NCBI GenBank assembly: GCA_021820465.1 | Contig: JAKADP010000005.1 | Location: 9,661 to 73,660, forward strand | Direction of reading: 5' to 3' | Source of the DNA: Bacillota bacterium | GTDB taxonomy: Bacteria > Bacillota > Sulfobacillia > Sulfobacillales > JAIMBI01 | DNA length: 64,000 nucleotides | Part shown: piece by piece, positions 8,860 to 17,957 of the stretch | Position numbering within the stretch: position 1 is the stretch's first letter | How the letters are laid out: each line of letters opens with the position of its first letter | Notes under the pieces: generated by a model | What the model saw: only the letters and a program-made list of their open reading frames with translations | Told to the model about the DNA's origin: nothing | The model's database searches: none | Translations under genes and position numbers: made by a program

Positions 8860-10353
8860 ATGCTCACAATTGGCGAGGCGCTGCGCTCGGCGAGTCAGCG
8901 GCATCGGAACAAGACCGCCCTGGTGTTTGGCGCCGAGACGCTCACCTATGGCGAGCTGGACCGGCGAGTGAATCAGTTTGCCAATGCGCTCGCGGCCTGG
9001 GGGGTGGCTCCGGGGGACCGGGTGGCACTGGTGCTGCCCAACGGGCTGTGGATGGCCGTGGCCTATTTCGGGGCCGCCCGGGCCGGCGCCGTGGCGGTGC
9101 CGGTGAACCTGCGGTGGGCCGCCCCGGAGGTGCAGTTCGTGCTGGCCGACGCCCAGGTGCGGCTGGTGCTGGCCGACGAAGATTTTCGGGGCCTGCTGCC
9201 GTCCGCCCCGCACATCCGCGTGGGCCGCGAGTGGCAGGACGCCGTGCTCGCCGCCAGCGCGGACGACCCGCGCGTGGTGGTGCACGAGGCTGACCCGTGG
9301 GTAATCGTGTACACGTCCGGCACCACGGGCCGACCCAAGGGGGCGGTGCGGGACCACCGGTCCAATCTCATGATTGCGCTGGTGCTGCTGGCCGAGCTGT
9401 CCATTACCACCGACGACGTCGGCATGGCGCTCTTGCCCATGTTTCATGTCAATTCCATGTGGTTTGTGACGCTGTCCCTGATCATTGGGACGACGTGCGT
9501 GATTTATCCACACCGCACGTTCCATCCGGGACATATCGTCGAGGCGTTCAACACGCACCAAGTGACCTATTCGATGTTTGTGCCCAGCATGCTGGCCATG
9601 TTGGCCGACGCCGCGGAGCGCGGCGCCCTGGAGCCGTCGCACCTTCGTGTCGCCTTGACGTCCTCGGCCCCGTTGGACCTGGCGCTGCGCGACCGCCTGC
9701 TGCGGGTGTTTCCGCACGCGCGGCTTTACGACATCTACGGGGCGACGGAGTACGGCGGGGTGACCCTGATGCAGCACGCCCCCGATGAGGCGGTGGGCAG
9801 CGTCGGCTGGCCCGTGGTGGGCGCATCGGTGCGCATCTTGAGCGAGCAGGGCCAGCCGGTCGCCCCGGGCCAGGTGGGCGAAGTGTACGTCCAAGCTCCG
9901 AGCCTCATGCAGGAATACTGGCAAAACCCCGAGGCGACGCGGGCCGCCCTGGACGCTGACGGGTACCTGACGCTGGGGGACATGGGCTATCAGGATGAAG
10001 CGGGGCGGCTGTGGCTGGTGGACCGCAAGCAGGACATGATGATCGTGGCGGGAGAAAACGTGTACCCCCGCGAGGTGGAAGACGTGCTGCTGGAAAACCC
10101 GGACGTGCTGATGGCCGCCGCCGTGGGCCTGCCCGATCCCAAGCGGGGCCAAGTGGTGGTGGCGGCGGTCGTGCCCCACGCCGGGCGGACCCCGGACGTC
10201 GACGCGCTGCGCGACGCGTGCCGGGCCAAGCTGGCCGACTACAAGCGGCCGCGAGAGATTCGGATCGTCGCGGAACTTCCCACCGGCCCGACGGGCAAAG
10301 TGGTGCGCCGCCTGGTGCGGGAGGGGTGGGACCAGACGGATCAGGGACGCTGA
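8860..10353 (+). CDS. AMP-dependent acyl-CoA synthetase/ligase
   Basis: AMP-binding motif YTSGTTGRPKG, plus a C-terminal GDMGY and the LPTGPTGKV motif. ATG at 8860 has GAGGTG 7 nt upstream. The track start at 8743 adds junk. Confidence 0.85.
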   Translation: MLTIGEALRSASQRHRNKTALVFGAETLTYGELDRRVNQFANALAAWGVAPGDRVALVLPNGLWMAVAYFGAARAGAVAVPVNLRWAAPEVQFVLADAQVRLVLADEDFRGLLPSAPHIRVGREWQDAVLAASADDPRVVVHEADPWVIVYTSGTTGRPKGAVRDHRSNLMIALVLLAELSITTDDVGMALLPMFHVNSMWFVTLSLIIGTTCVIYPHRTFHPGHIVEAFNTHQVTYSMFVPSMLAMLADAAERGALEPSHLRVALTSSAPLDLALRDRLLRVFPHARLYDIYGATEYGGVTLMQHAPDEAVGSVGWPVVGASVRILSEQGQPVAPGQVGEVYVQAPSLMQEYWQNPEATRAALDADGYLTLGDMGYQDEAGRLWLVDRKQDMMIVAGENVYPREVEDVLLENPDVLMAAAVGLPDPKRGQVVVAAVVPHAGRTPDVDALRDACRAKLADYKRPREIRIVAELPTGPTGKVVRRLVREGWDQTDQGR

Positions 10354-11219
10354 AACTGATATTCCTCCACATCGGCGACCGCACGGTAGCCTATCCGCTG
10401 ATACAGCCGGTTCGACGTGGGATTGGCCAAGTCTGTGAAGAGAAAGCACCGCTGGCGCCCGCTGTCCAGCAGGGCTTGGCTTAAGTTGGCCACCAGCGCC
10501 GACGCATAGCCGTGGCGCCGCGCCGCCGGGGGCGTGTAGACGGGGCCCAGGCGAATCCCGGTGGGCGTCGGACCCCCATACCCGGCCAGCGACACCGGCT
10601 CACCGTCCTCCCACAACTCGAGGCCGCCATGTTCGCGGCCGAGGCGCTGTCGCAGCGTCGCGGCCGCGGCGGCCCGTGCATCACCGCCCGTGCCCCCCGC
10701 ACCGGACTCCAGGAAAAACGCGGTCAGCCAGTCCATGAGGAGCTCCTCGTCCTCCGAGGTGGCGGACCGACGGCGTCCGGAAGCCGGTGGGGGTGGGATG
10801 ACGCGTGACAGCTCGTAGATGCGCTCGGCCATTGTCCGCAGGGAAACCTGGCCGGTGCGCCGCGACCAGCCGTCGGCCGCTCCCTCCGCCACGGCCCGCG
10901 GGCCCAGCAGGCCGGGCAAATCGGGGTACAGGGTCCAGACGTCGTCCAACAGCGCATTGGGAGCGCCCAGGTCCTCGCTGCGGGACAGTACCAGGAAGCG
11001 GGGTGGGGTTCGAATCGCGGCCATCGCCACGTCGCCGTCGGCGCGCTCCACGGTGGCCAGATAGGCAGGCAGGCTGTAGGCGTCGGGCTGGGTGTCGAGC
11101 GTGTGGGCCAAGCCCAACAAAAGGTTTTCGGCGGCCTCGTGCCGTGCCAGGAAGGGGCCGGCCCGAATGAGAAACTCCGCCGGCCGGTGGCGGTACACGG
11201 TCAGGCGCATGGTCGGCAT
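10341..11219 (-). CDS. GNAT family N-acetyltransferase (two-domain, Eis-like architecture)
   Basis: The C-terminal GNAT core is RRHGYASALVANLSQ...NRLYQRIGY. The start is ATG at 11219 or 11210, after AAAGGAG. Its 3' end overlaps the convergent ligase gene by 13 nt. Confidence 0.75.
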   Translation of the reverse strand: MPTMRLTVYRHRPAEFLIRAGPFLARHEAAENLLLGLAHTLDTQPDAYSLPAYLATVERADGDVAMAAIRTPPRFLVLSRSEDLGAPNALLDDVWTLYPDLPGLLGPRAVAEGAADGWSRRTGQVSLRTMAERIYELSRVIPPPPASGRRRSATSEDEELLMDWLTAFFLESGAGGTGGDARAAAAATLRQRLGREHGGLELWEDGEPVSLAGYGGPTPTGIRLGPVYTPPAARRHGYASALVANLSQALLDSGRQRCFLFTDLANPTSNRLYQRIGYRAVADVEEYQFQRP

Positions 11220-11311
11220 GTCTCCTTTCAGATCCGGAGGACAGTCGGGCGGGCGATGGGGCGATGATATCACGGCCTAGAGCCGCGGTGGGCCCAGGCG
11301 CGGCCGCATCC

Positions 11312-11983
11312 TTAGAAGGTGAGCCAAGCGGCCAAGCCCAGCCCCACCAGCATGGCGGCGGTGACTTGGTTGGCATGGTGTTCGAGCCAGTGCCCCTGCA
11401 GGCGGTAGCCGCCCCAGGCCGCCGCCACGGTGAGTCCGGCCATGGCGACAATGGTGACCACGGAGTAAGCCAGCAGCACGACCACGGCCGTGCGGACACT
11501 CACGGCGGCGGCGGCCAAAAAGACGGGCAGTATCGTGGGATCGGGGGACGCCGCGATGCCGACAGGCACGAGCCAGACGCTGCGGTGCCCGCCGACACCG
11601 CGATGGCTAGGGCCGTGTGGGTGAGGATGCTCGTGGGCATGGCCGTGCGGAGTCTCGTGCGGATGTGCGTGTCCTGGCTGTCGCCAGCTCCAGAGGAAGA
11701 TGGCTAGGCCGCTTGCCATCAACACCATGCCGACGATGGGGCCCTCGAAGCGCAGAATCCCTTTTAACCCATATCCCAAGGCAACAACCACCAGGCCTAG
11801 GGCGAAAGAGCCGAGCACATGGCCCACACCGGTCCACACGCCCATGCGGGCGGTGCGGGCCAGCGGCCACTGCTGCGCGCGCGCAATGACGGCGACCGGC
11901 ATCCAGTGGTCGGGCAGGATGGCATGGACCAGCGCCACACCGGCTGCCGCCAGCACGAGGACAACGACTGACACGGAAAGCAC
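11312..11983 (-). CDS. NicO/RcnA-like metal (Ni/Co-type) efflux permease
   Basis: Multi-TM protein with an H-x4-DH motif (HAILPDH) and a His-rich loop GHAHPHETPHGHAHEHPHPHG. GTG at 11983 is preceded by AAAGGAGGGAG. It is divergent from a CsoR/RcnR-family gene. Confidence 0.7.
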   Translation of the reverse strand: MLSVSVVVLVLAAAGVALVHAILPDHWMPVAVIARAQQWPLARTARMGVWTGVGHVLGSFALGLVVVALGYGLKGILRFEGPIVGMVLMASGLAIFLWSWRQPGHAHPHETPHGHAHEHPHPHGPSHRGVGGHRSVWLVPVGIAASPDPTILPVFLAAAAVSVRTAVVVLLAYSVVTIVAMAGLTVAAAWGGYRLQGHWLEHHANQVTAAMLVGLGLAAWLTF

Positions 11984-12048
11984 GGGCTCCCTCCTTTGCC
12001 GTCGGCCGACCGCACCGACTCCCGCGCGGTCATCTTCCGGGAGGCCAG

Positions 12049-12065
12049 ATCCCCCCTGGGGGGAT
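12049..12065. promoter_or_regulatory. CsoR/RcnR-type operator candidate (G/C-tract palindrome)
   Basis: ATCCCCCC-T-GGGGGGAT is a 17-nt palindrome, perfect apart from the single central T. It lies in the 215-bp divergent region between the permease and the regulator. Confidence 0.5.
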
Positions 12066-12198
12066 TTTATGGACGCGATGGGTTGAGCGCAAGCCTGCCC
12101 CATCACGCCACGAGGGGCCCTGCCTTGCCGGCGGCGCCACTAGGCGCTAGCCTCGGGGGGGAGGTGCCCGTATCGCGCGAGGACACAACCGGCGGGCC

Positions 12199-12444
12199 AT
12201 GATCAATCGGATGGCCCGCATCGAGGGCCATGCGCATGCTGTGCGCGACATGCTGGAGGCCGACCGGGACTGCCCGGAGATCCTGCTCCAGCTGGCCGCG
12301 GTGCGGTCGGCTCTGGACAAGGTGGCTCGGCTGGTTTTCGAGGACCACATGGACAGCTGCATCCTGGACGCGGTGGAATCGGGAGACGCCGAGGCCAAGA
12401 TTGCAGAAATCAAGGCCGCGTTTGCCCGGTACTTCGTTCCTTAA
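12199..12444 (+). CDS. CsoR/RcnR family metal-sensing transcriptional repressor
   Basis: 81 aa with RIEGHAHAV, and a C-x24-H-x3-C ligand pattern (DCPEIL ... EDHMDSC). Confidence 0.85.
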   Translation: MINRMARIEGHAHAVRDMLEADRDCPEILLQLAAVRSALDKVARLVFEDHMDSCILDAVESGDAEAKIAEIKAAFARYFVP

Positions 12445-12966
12445 AGGTGCGGGCTGCCGCGCTTCCTGTGTCGCGGCGCTGTGCGCCTCCCGATGCACCG
12501 GCGCCCGAAAGAGTGCCTTTTGCCCCCAAAAGCCCAGGCGCGCCCAACCGGGCGGCTCGTGGGCGTCCCCCGCCGCGAGCCAACGCTGTGTCTGGTGACG
12601 GCGATACGTGCGCCGGCCCGGCGTCGTGGCGCCATGCTCCCCGGGCCTCACTGCTTGTCTGGTTGTCCGGGCGCCGGAGTGCCTTCGCGCCCGCCAGGAC
12701 GTCCTGTTCAGTGCCCGATCCGGTGGTGCTGCCCTTCCCGCCCGCGTCGACGCGGCCAAGCTCAGCGATCCCACCACCGCCCGCTTGCAGCCCGGCCCGG
12801 CGTGCTGGTGAATGACCCGATCCGCCTAGATACGCTGCTCCGCCTGGGCTCAGAGCCGGCAGTGCCATCTAAATACAGCATTCGATCGGCGCACGGGCCG
12901 AGGCGCCTCATGCCCTGGCACCCCCGATGTACACTACGCCTACACACCAGCGTAGGAGGTTGATCC

Positions 12967-13206
12967 GTGGTTCGCAAGCAGTTGTTTTTGCGGCGAGATC
13001 AGGAGCGCTGGCTGAAAGAGCAGGCGTCCTGCAGCGGCAAGTCGGAGGGTCAGGTGCTGCGGGAGGCACTGGATGCCTACGTCGAGCACACCCGAGGCCA
13101 ACGCAGCGAATGGGACGGATTTCTGGACACCCTCGCGAAGATGCCCGCCGGCGGCGGCCAACGACACTGGACCCGAGACCAGTTGCACGAGCGCTCTGGC
13201 CGGTGA
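12967..13206 (+). CDS. vapB: ribbon-helix-helix (CopG/VapB-type) antitoxin
   Basis: 79 aa. GTG start after TAGGAGGT. The RHH-like N-terminus is KQLFLRRDQERWLKEQA...VLREALD. It overlaps the PIN gene by 4 nt (GTGA). Confidence 0.75.
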   Translation: MVRKQLFLRRDQERWLKEQASCSGKSEGQVLREALDAYVEHTRGQRSEWDGFLDTLAKMPAGGGQRHWTRDQLHERSGR

Positions 13207-13628
13207 TTAGGGCGCTGATCGACACCAACGTGCTGGTTTATGCATGTGGGCTGGACACCACCGCGGCCAAGAAGGCGGCCGCGGTGGCAGTCTTGGCCGA
13301 GCACCGCGAAACCGCCGTCCTGACGAGCCAGGTCCTCCACGAGTTTATGGACGTGGCATTCCGTCATCAGCAGTCCGTCGCGTGGATCGCAGACCAAGTG
13401 CGGTCGCTGACGCGGTTCTGGGCGGTGCTCACGCCCACGCTGCGGACGCCGGAGCTAGCCCTCGACGCGATCGCCACCCATCAGCTGAGCCTGTGGGACG
13501 CCCTCATTTGGGCCGTCGCGCGGGAGCACGGCATTTCAATCATCCTGTCCGAAGATGGGCCCACGGGCGCCACCATCGGTGGCATCACGTACGTCAACCC
13601 GCTCAGCCACGTTGCAGCCAACACATAG
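13203..13628 (+). CDS. vapC: PIN-domain ribonuclease toxin
   Basis: VIRALIDTNVLVYA ... LWDALIWAVAREHG ... ILSED gives the acidic PIN residues in the expected order. It is in frame with the 3' part of track ORF 12927..13628. Confidence 0.85.
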   Translation: MIRALIDTNVLVYACGLDTTAAKKAAAVAVLAEHRETAVLTSQVLHEFMDVAFRHQQSVAWIADQVRSLTRFWAVLTPTLRTPELALDAIATHQLSLWDALIWAVAREHGISIILSEDGPTGATIGGITYVNPLSHVAANT

Positions 13629-13975
13629 CGCGACTCGGCTCTGGCAGTTCTCTTGGCGGGGATGGCCCAGCGCACGGGCGCCTCTCGGCCCGAGCGAAGT
13701 GGACGTCAAGGCGCATGAGAATCCCCAGCGGCCGGACTTATTGGCGCCCCCGACACGACGCGCTCCATACCCAAACCGCCACGGCCCGGTTGCTTGTGGA
13801 GGCGACACCGGCGCAGGACGTGATGGCAGTCAGGTTCCCCATAGCCAGTGGGCGGTGAACTTTGTCCATCGCCACTCTCGACGCGGCGTGTTCCTCGGCG
13901 CCTAGGGCCGTCGCGAACCGACTACCGCTTGCTGCGGCCCCTTCTGACGTTGCCGTGATCGACGTTCGGCGGCGC

Positions 13976-14005
13976 TTGACGCCGGACGCGCCCTATTGGT
14001 ACACT
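13976..14005 (+). promoter_or_regulatory. sigma-70-like promoter upstream of rplM
   Basis: TTGACG (13976-13981), an 18-nt spacer, then TGgTACACT (-10 at 14000-14005). It lies about 80 nt upstream of the rplM start. Confidence 0.5.
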
Positions 14006-14083
14006 GACACGCGGCTTCAATGCGGGAGTACGCTTCGATCTGAACCGGCGCCCGCGACATGACCAAGACGACGGAGGGATCTC

Positions 14084-14518
14084 GTGTCGACCTACATGGC
14101 TCGTCCTGCGGAAATCACGCGGACGTGGTACGTGATTGACGCAGCGGGCAAGCCATTGGGCCGGTTGGCCACCGAGGTGGCCACGCTCTTGCGCGGCAAG
14201 CACAAGCCCATTTACACCCCGCACCTGGACACCGGCGACCACGTCATTATCGTGAACGCCGAAAAAGTGGTCCTGACGGGGCGCAAGCTTCAGCAAAAGA
14301 TTTACTTTCATTACTCGGGCTACCCCGGTGGCGGCAAGCGCGAGGTGTACAGCCGACTCATGAAGCGTCGGCCGGAATTTGCGGTGGAAAAGGCGATCCG
14401 CGGGATGCTGCCCAAGAACAGCTTGGGCCGGGATATGTTCCGGAAGCTCCGGGTGTACCGGGGCCCGGAACATCCGCATGCGGGTCAGCAGCCGACCGTG
14501 TGGGAGGTCAGAGGCTAA
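14084..14518 (+). CDS. rplM: 50S ribosomal protein L13
   Basis: [33 protein letters not shown] and the rest is unmistakably L13. Confidence 0.97.
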   Translation: MSTYMARPAEITRTWYVIDAAGKPLGRLATEVATLLRGKHKPIYTPHLDTGDHVIIVNAEKVVLTGRKLQQKIYFHYSGYPGGGKREVYSRLMKRRPEFAVEKAIRGMLPKNSLGRDMFRKLRVYRGPEHPHAGQQPTVWEVRG

Positions 14519-14519
14519 C

Positions 14520-14915
14520 ATGGCGGATGTTGTGCAAGTGTGGGGCACCGGCCGCCGCAAGAACGCGGTGGCACGGGTGCGCATCATGCCCGGCACGGGC
14601 GTGTTTCGGGTGAATGGCCGCACGGTGGAGCAGTACTTTCCCACCAACAACCAGCGGCTGGTCATTTTCCAGCCCTTAAAGGCGCTGTCCGCCGACGGGC
14701 GCTTTGACGTCATTGTCAAGGTGCACGGAGGTGGGGTGTCGGGCCAGGCTGGTGCCGTGCGCCATGGCTTGGCGCGGGCGCTGGTGAGCCTGGACCATAA
14801 TTTTCGCCCGCAGCTGAAGCGGGAAGGATATCTGACCCGCGACTCGCGCATGAAGGAGCGCCGCAAATACGGCTTGAAGAAGGCGCGCAAGCGCCCGCAG
14901 TTCTCCAAGCGCTGA
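14520..14915 (+). CDS. rpsI: 30S ribosomal protein S9
   Basis: An internal ATG at 14520 gives [20 protein letters not shown]...[17 protein letters not shown]. The track ORF start at 14379 lies inside rplM. Confidence 0.97.
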   Translation: MADVVQVWGTGRRKNAVARVRIMPGTGVFRVNGRTVEQYFPTNNQRLVIFQPLKALSADGRFDVIVKVHGGGVSGQAGAVRHGLARALVSLDHNFRPQLKREGYLTRDSRMKERRKYGLKKARKRPQFSKR

Positions 14916-14919
14916 CCGA

Positions 14920-14946
14920 ACGCCGCCCATGGGGCGGCGTTTTTCT
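14920..14946 (+). terminator. intrinsic terminator after rpsI
   Basis: ACGCCGCC(CATGG)GGCGGCGT is followed by TTTTTC. Confidence 0.75.
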
Positions 14947-14971
14947 TAGGGCCTGGGATGCATACGCTGTC

Positions 14972-15706
14972 TTGGGGGGCGGCGTGTTGCACAAGATTTG
15001 GCGTGGCATAGCCGCCGTGGGACTGGCCGTGGCGGCGCTGGGCGCGGGCGCCCGTGCTTGGTCGGCGGGGGCTCAGGGCTCCGGCCCCCTGCCCTATGCG
15101 GGCATGCTGGCGGGCCGCACCGTCGTCATTGACCCAGGGCACGGGGGCTGGGACCCGGGCGCGATGAGTCGCGGGGCCCGCGAGGCCGACATCAATGTGG
15201 CCGTCGCCGACATGCTGCGCGGCCTCCTCTTGGGGACGGGGGCCCGCGTGCTGCTGACCTGGTCGCCCGCCCATCCCATCCCGGCGCACCGCAAGTATCG
15301 GGTGCAGGCCCGCTCGCGGTGGATCAATCGACAGCGGGCGGATGTGCTGATCGACATTCACACCAACATCGGGTCTGGGGGCGTGGGACCTCAGGTGTTT
15401 TACTGGGACGGTCTGTCGTCGCGCGTCTTGGCCGATGCGATCCAAGAAGAGCTCTCGGGGTTGACCGGCACGCATCGGCGGGTGACGCGCATCGACCAGT
15501 ATGTCCTGCGCCACAGCACCATTCCCGCGGTCAATGTGGAAGTAGGGTTTCTGTCGCATGCCCAAGAAGGGCGGCGGCTGACGGCGGGCCCGTACCAGCG
15601 GGATCTGGCCTGGTGCATCTTTGTGGGCCTGCTGCGCTGGTTTGTGGGCGGACCGGCCCCGCCCGAGTATCTGCCGCCGCCGCGCCCCGCCGAGCTGCTG
15701 CGGTAG
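14972..15706 (+). CDS. cwlD: N-acetylmuramoyl-L-alanine amidase, CwlD-type
   Basis: Amidase_3 motifs VIDPGHGG, SIHTN-like IDIHTN and VEVGFLS. It sits in the conserved rplM-rpsI-cwlD position of spore-forming Firmicutes. The start (TTG 14972, GTG 14984) is uncertain. Confidence 0.85.
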   Translation: MGGGVLHKIWRGIAAVGLAVAALGAGARAWSAGAQGSGPLPYAGMLAGRTVVIDPGHGGWDPGAMSRGAREADINVAVADMLRGLLLGTGARVLLTWSPAHPIPAHRKYRVQARSRWINRQRADVLIDIHTNIGSGGVGPQVFYWDGLSSRVLADAIQEELSGLTGTHRRVTRIDQYVLRHSTIPAVNVEVGFLSHAQEGRRLTAGPYQRDLAWCIFVGLLRWFVGGPAPPEYLPPPRPAELLR

Positions 15707-15776
15707 CCGCCCCGACGGCCTGAGACTTCGGGGCGGCAGGCGGTATACTACCGCTGGAGGGAGGCGGCCAACCACC

Positions 15777-16688
15777 ATGCATGGGCCATCAGTGGGAAAA
15801 AATGTTCGTGTGATCGGCGTGCCCCTAGATTACGGCGCAGACCGCCGAGGGGTGGACATGGGGCCCAGTGCCATTCGATATGCGGACTTGCATGAACGAT
15901 TGAAGCGCATCGGGCACACCGTCTCGGACGTGGGAAACCTCCCGGTGCCGGTTCCCGAGAGCCGCGATCCCCAAGACCATCACCTGAAGTTTCTGCCGGA
16001 GATCGTCAAGGTCAACCGGGTGCTGGCGCGGGCCGTCGAGCGCGCGTTTAGAGAGGGGGACTTTCCCCTCGTCTTGGGCGGCGACCACTCGCTCGCGATG
16101 GGCAGCATCGCCGGTCTGCTCCGGGTCAAGCCTCAGCCTGGGCTGTTGTGGGTGGACGCCCACGGCGACTTCAACACGGCCGAGACGTCCCCGTCGGGCA
16201 ACATTCACGGCATGCCGGTCTCGGCGGCCTGCGGACTCGGGCACCCCGAGTTGCTGGCCCCATTCAAGGGGCGCTTTCTAGACCCGCACCGCGTGGCGTA
16301 CATTGGGATCCGCACGCTGGACGCCGACGAGGAGCGCCTGATGCACCAGCAGGGCGTCACGGTGTTCAGCATGTATGAGCTGGACAAGTACGGCATGCGG
16401 GAGGTGGTGGCGCGCGCCTTGGACGTAGTGACGCGCGGCGCCGATGGGGTTCACGTCAGCTTTGACATCGACGCCGTCGACCCCCTGTTTGCTCCGGGTT
16501 CCGGCACGCCTTACTCAGGCGGCCTGACCGAGCGGGAGGCCCACCTGCTGCTGGAGCTGGTGGCGGAGGCCGGCGTCATGACCTCGATGGACATGGTGGA
16601 GGTCAACCCCATCTTGGACGAGCACAACCGCACCGCTGCGCTGGCCGCTGACCTGATTGCGTCGGCGCTGGGCCAGCGCATTTTTTAG
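15777..16688 (+). CDS. rocF: arginase
   Basis: Ureohydrolase motifs GGDHS, VDAHGDFNT and SFDIDAVDP. ATG at 15777 follows GGAGGGAGG. The track start at 15621 lies inside cwlD. Confidence 0.9.
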   Translation: MHGPSVGKNVRVIGVPLDYGADRRGVDMGPSAIRYADLHERLKRIGHTVSDVGNLPVPVPESRDPQDHHLKFLPEIVKVNRVLARAVERAFREGDFPLVLGGDHSLAMGSIAGLLRVKPQPGLLWVDAHGDFNTAETSPSGNIHGMPVSAACGLGHPELLAPFKGRFLDPHRVAYIGIRTLDADEERLMHQQGVTVFSMYELDKYGMREVVARALDVVTRGADGVHVSFDIDAVDPLFAPGSGTPYSGGLTEREAHLLLELVAEAGVMTSMDMVEVNPILDEHNRTAALAADLIASALGQRIF

Positions 16689-16742
16689 GCGCACAAATTG
16701 GCAGCGCCCCAAGGGCTGACCGCAGAGGGCAGGGGGGACCAC

Positions 16743-17897
16743 ATGGCAACCGGGGAAGCCGCGCAGTTGGTGGCTTGGCGGCGGGATCTTCACCGTCTGG
16801 CCGAACTGGCGCATGAGGAAGTCGAGACCGCGCAGTACGTGGAGAATCAGCTACGAGAGTGGGGGCTCGCGCCGCGCCGGCCCACCCGCACGAGCGTGGT
16901 GGCGGACATCGAGGGGCGCGAGGGTGCTGGGCCGCTGGTAGTCCTGCGAGCGGACATGGACGGGCTGCCGCTCACCGAAGACAGCGGGGAGTCGTTCAGC
17001 TCCATCCATCCAGGCATCATGCATGCCTGCGGGCACGATGGCCACATGGCCATCCTGCTGGGGACGGCTCAGGCGCTGCTGGCGCGAGACTTCGCCGGGA
17101 CGGTGCGGCTGTTGTTCCAGCCCGCTGAGGAGCGGCCGCCCGGCGGGGCCGTGGAGCTCATTGCGGCCGGGGAGCTCACCGGAGCGCGAGCGGTGCTGGG
17201 CCTGCACCTCCAGGCGGGGTGGCCGGTCGGTTGGGTGGGGCTGAAGCCCGGTCCCCTCATGGCGTACTCGGACCGGTTTCGCATCCGCATCCACGGGCGG
17301 GGCGGGCATGGCTCTGAGCCACAGAGCACCCAGGACGCGGTGCTCATTGCCGCTGAAACCGTAATGAGCCTGCAGACGATTGTGAGCCGCCGCGTGCCCC
17401 CGTCAGAGACGGTGGTGGTCACGTGCGGGACCATCACGGCGGGCCAAACGTTCAACATCATCGCGGAGACGGCGGAAATCACGGGGACAGTGCGCACCTT
17501 CGCCCGCGACATCCAGGCCCAAGTGGAGGAGGAAATTCGTCGGCGAGCCACCCACATCGCGGCCATTTACGGCGCCGTGGCAGAGTGCGAGTACCTGCCG
17601 GGGTACCCCGCGGTGATCAACGACCCAGGGGTCGTGGAGGAGTGGGCGCGCCTCTTGGGGGACGTGGCCACGGTGGAGCAGCCGCCGGCGATGCCGCAGG
17701 GAGAGGACTTCGCCTACTACCTGCAGAAGGTGCCCGGGGCGTTTTTGTGGCTGGGGGCCCATCCGGCAGGCGACGGGCACCCGCACCACTCGCCGCACTT
17801 TCGCATCCATGAGGACGCGCTGCCGCTGGGGGTTACGGTCATGGAGCGCGGGGCCCGCCACTTCCTGGCGCATCCGCCCGCGGTGAGGGTGCCCTAG
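16743..17897 (+). CDS. M20-family amidohydrolase (N-acyl-amino-acid/hippurate hydrolase type)
   Basis: Motifs WRRDLH..PE, MHACGHDGH and FQPAEE. Confidence 0.85.
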   Translation: MATGEAAQLVAWRRDLHRLAELAHEEVETAQYVENQLREWGLAPRRPTRTSVVADIEGREGAGPLVVLRADMDGLPLTEDSGESFSSIHPGIMHACGHDGHMAILLGTAQALLARDFAGTVRLLFQPAEERPPGGAVELIAAGELTGARAVLGLHLQAGWPVGWVGLKPGPLMAYSDRFRIRIHGRGGHGSEPQSTQDAVLIAAETVMSLQTIVSRRVPPSETVVVTCGTITAGQTFNIIAETAEITGTVRTFARDIQAQVEEEIRRRATHIAAIYGAVAECEYLPGYPAVINDPGVVEEWARLLGDVATVEQPPAMPQGEDFAYYLQKVPGAFLWLGAHPAGDGHPHHSPHFRIHEDALPLGVTVMERGARHFLAHPPAVRVP

Positions 17898-17957
17898 CGC
17901 CCAAGCGCCCCGGCTCCGGAGTCCGGCAGGGCCGCCCGTTCGGGCGGCCTTGCCCGT

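Noticed and set aside
8728-10449. 573-aa minus-strand ORF.
   Set aside because: It is antisense to the acyl-CoA ligase, which carries canonical AMP-binding motifs. I found no motifs in the antisense ORF.
10996-11015. GGGGTTCGAATCGCGGC, a tRNA T-arm-like motif. I looked for selC or another tRNA.
   Set aside because: It lies inside a well-supported GNAT coding region. No acceptor or anticodon stems can be built around it.
13922-15778. 618-aa minus-strand ORF spanning rplM, rpsI and cwlD.
   Set aside because: It is antisense to three unmistakable genes and has junk composition. This is a typical high-GC antisense open frame.
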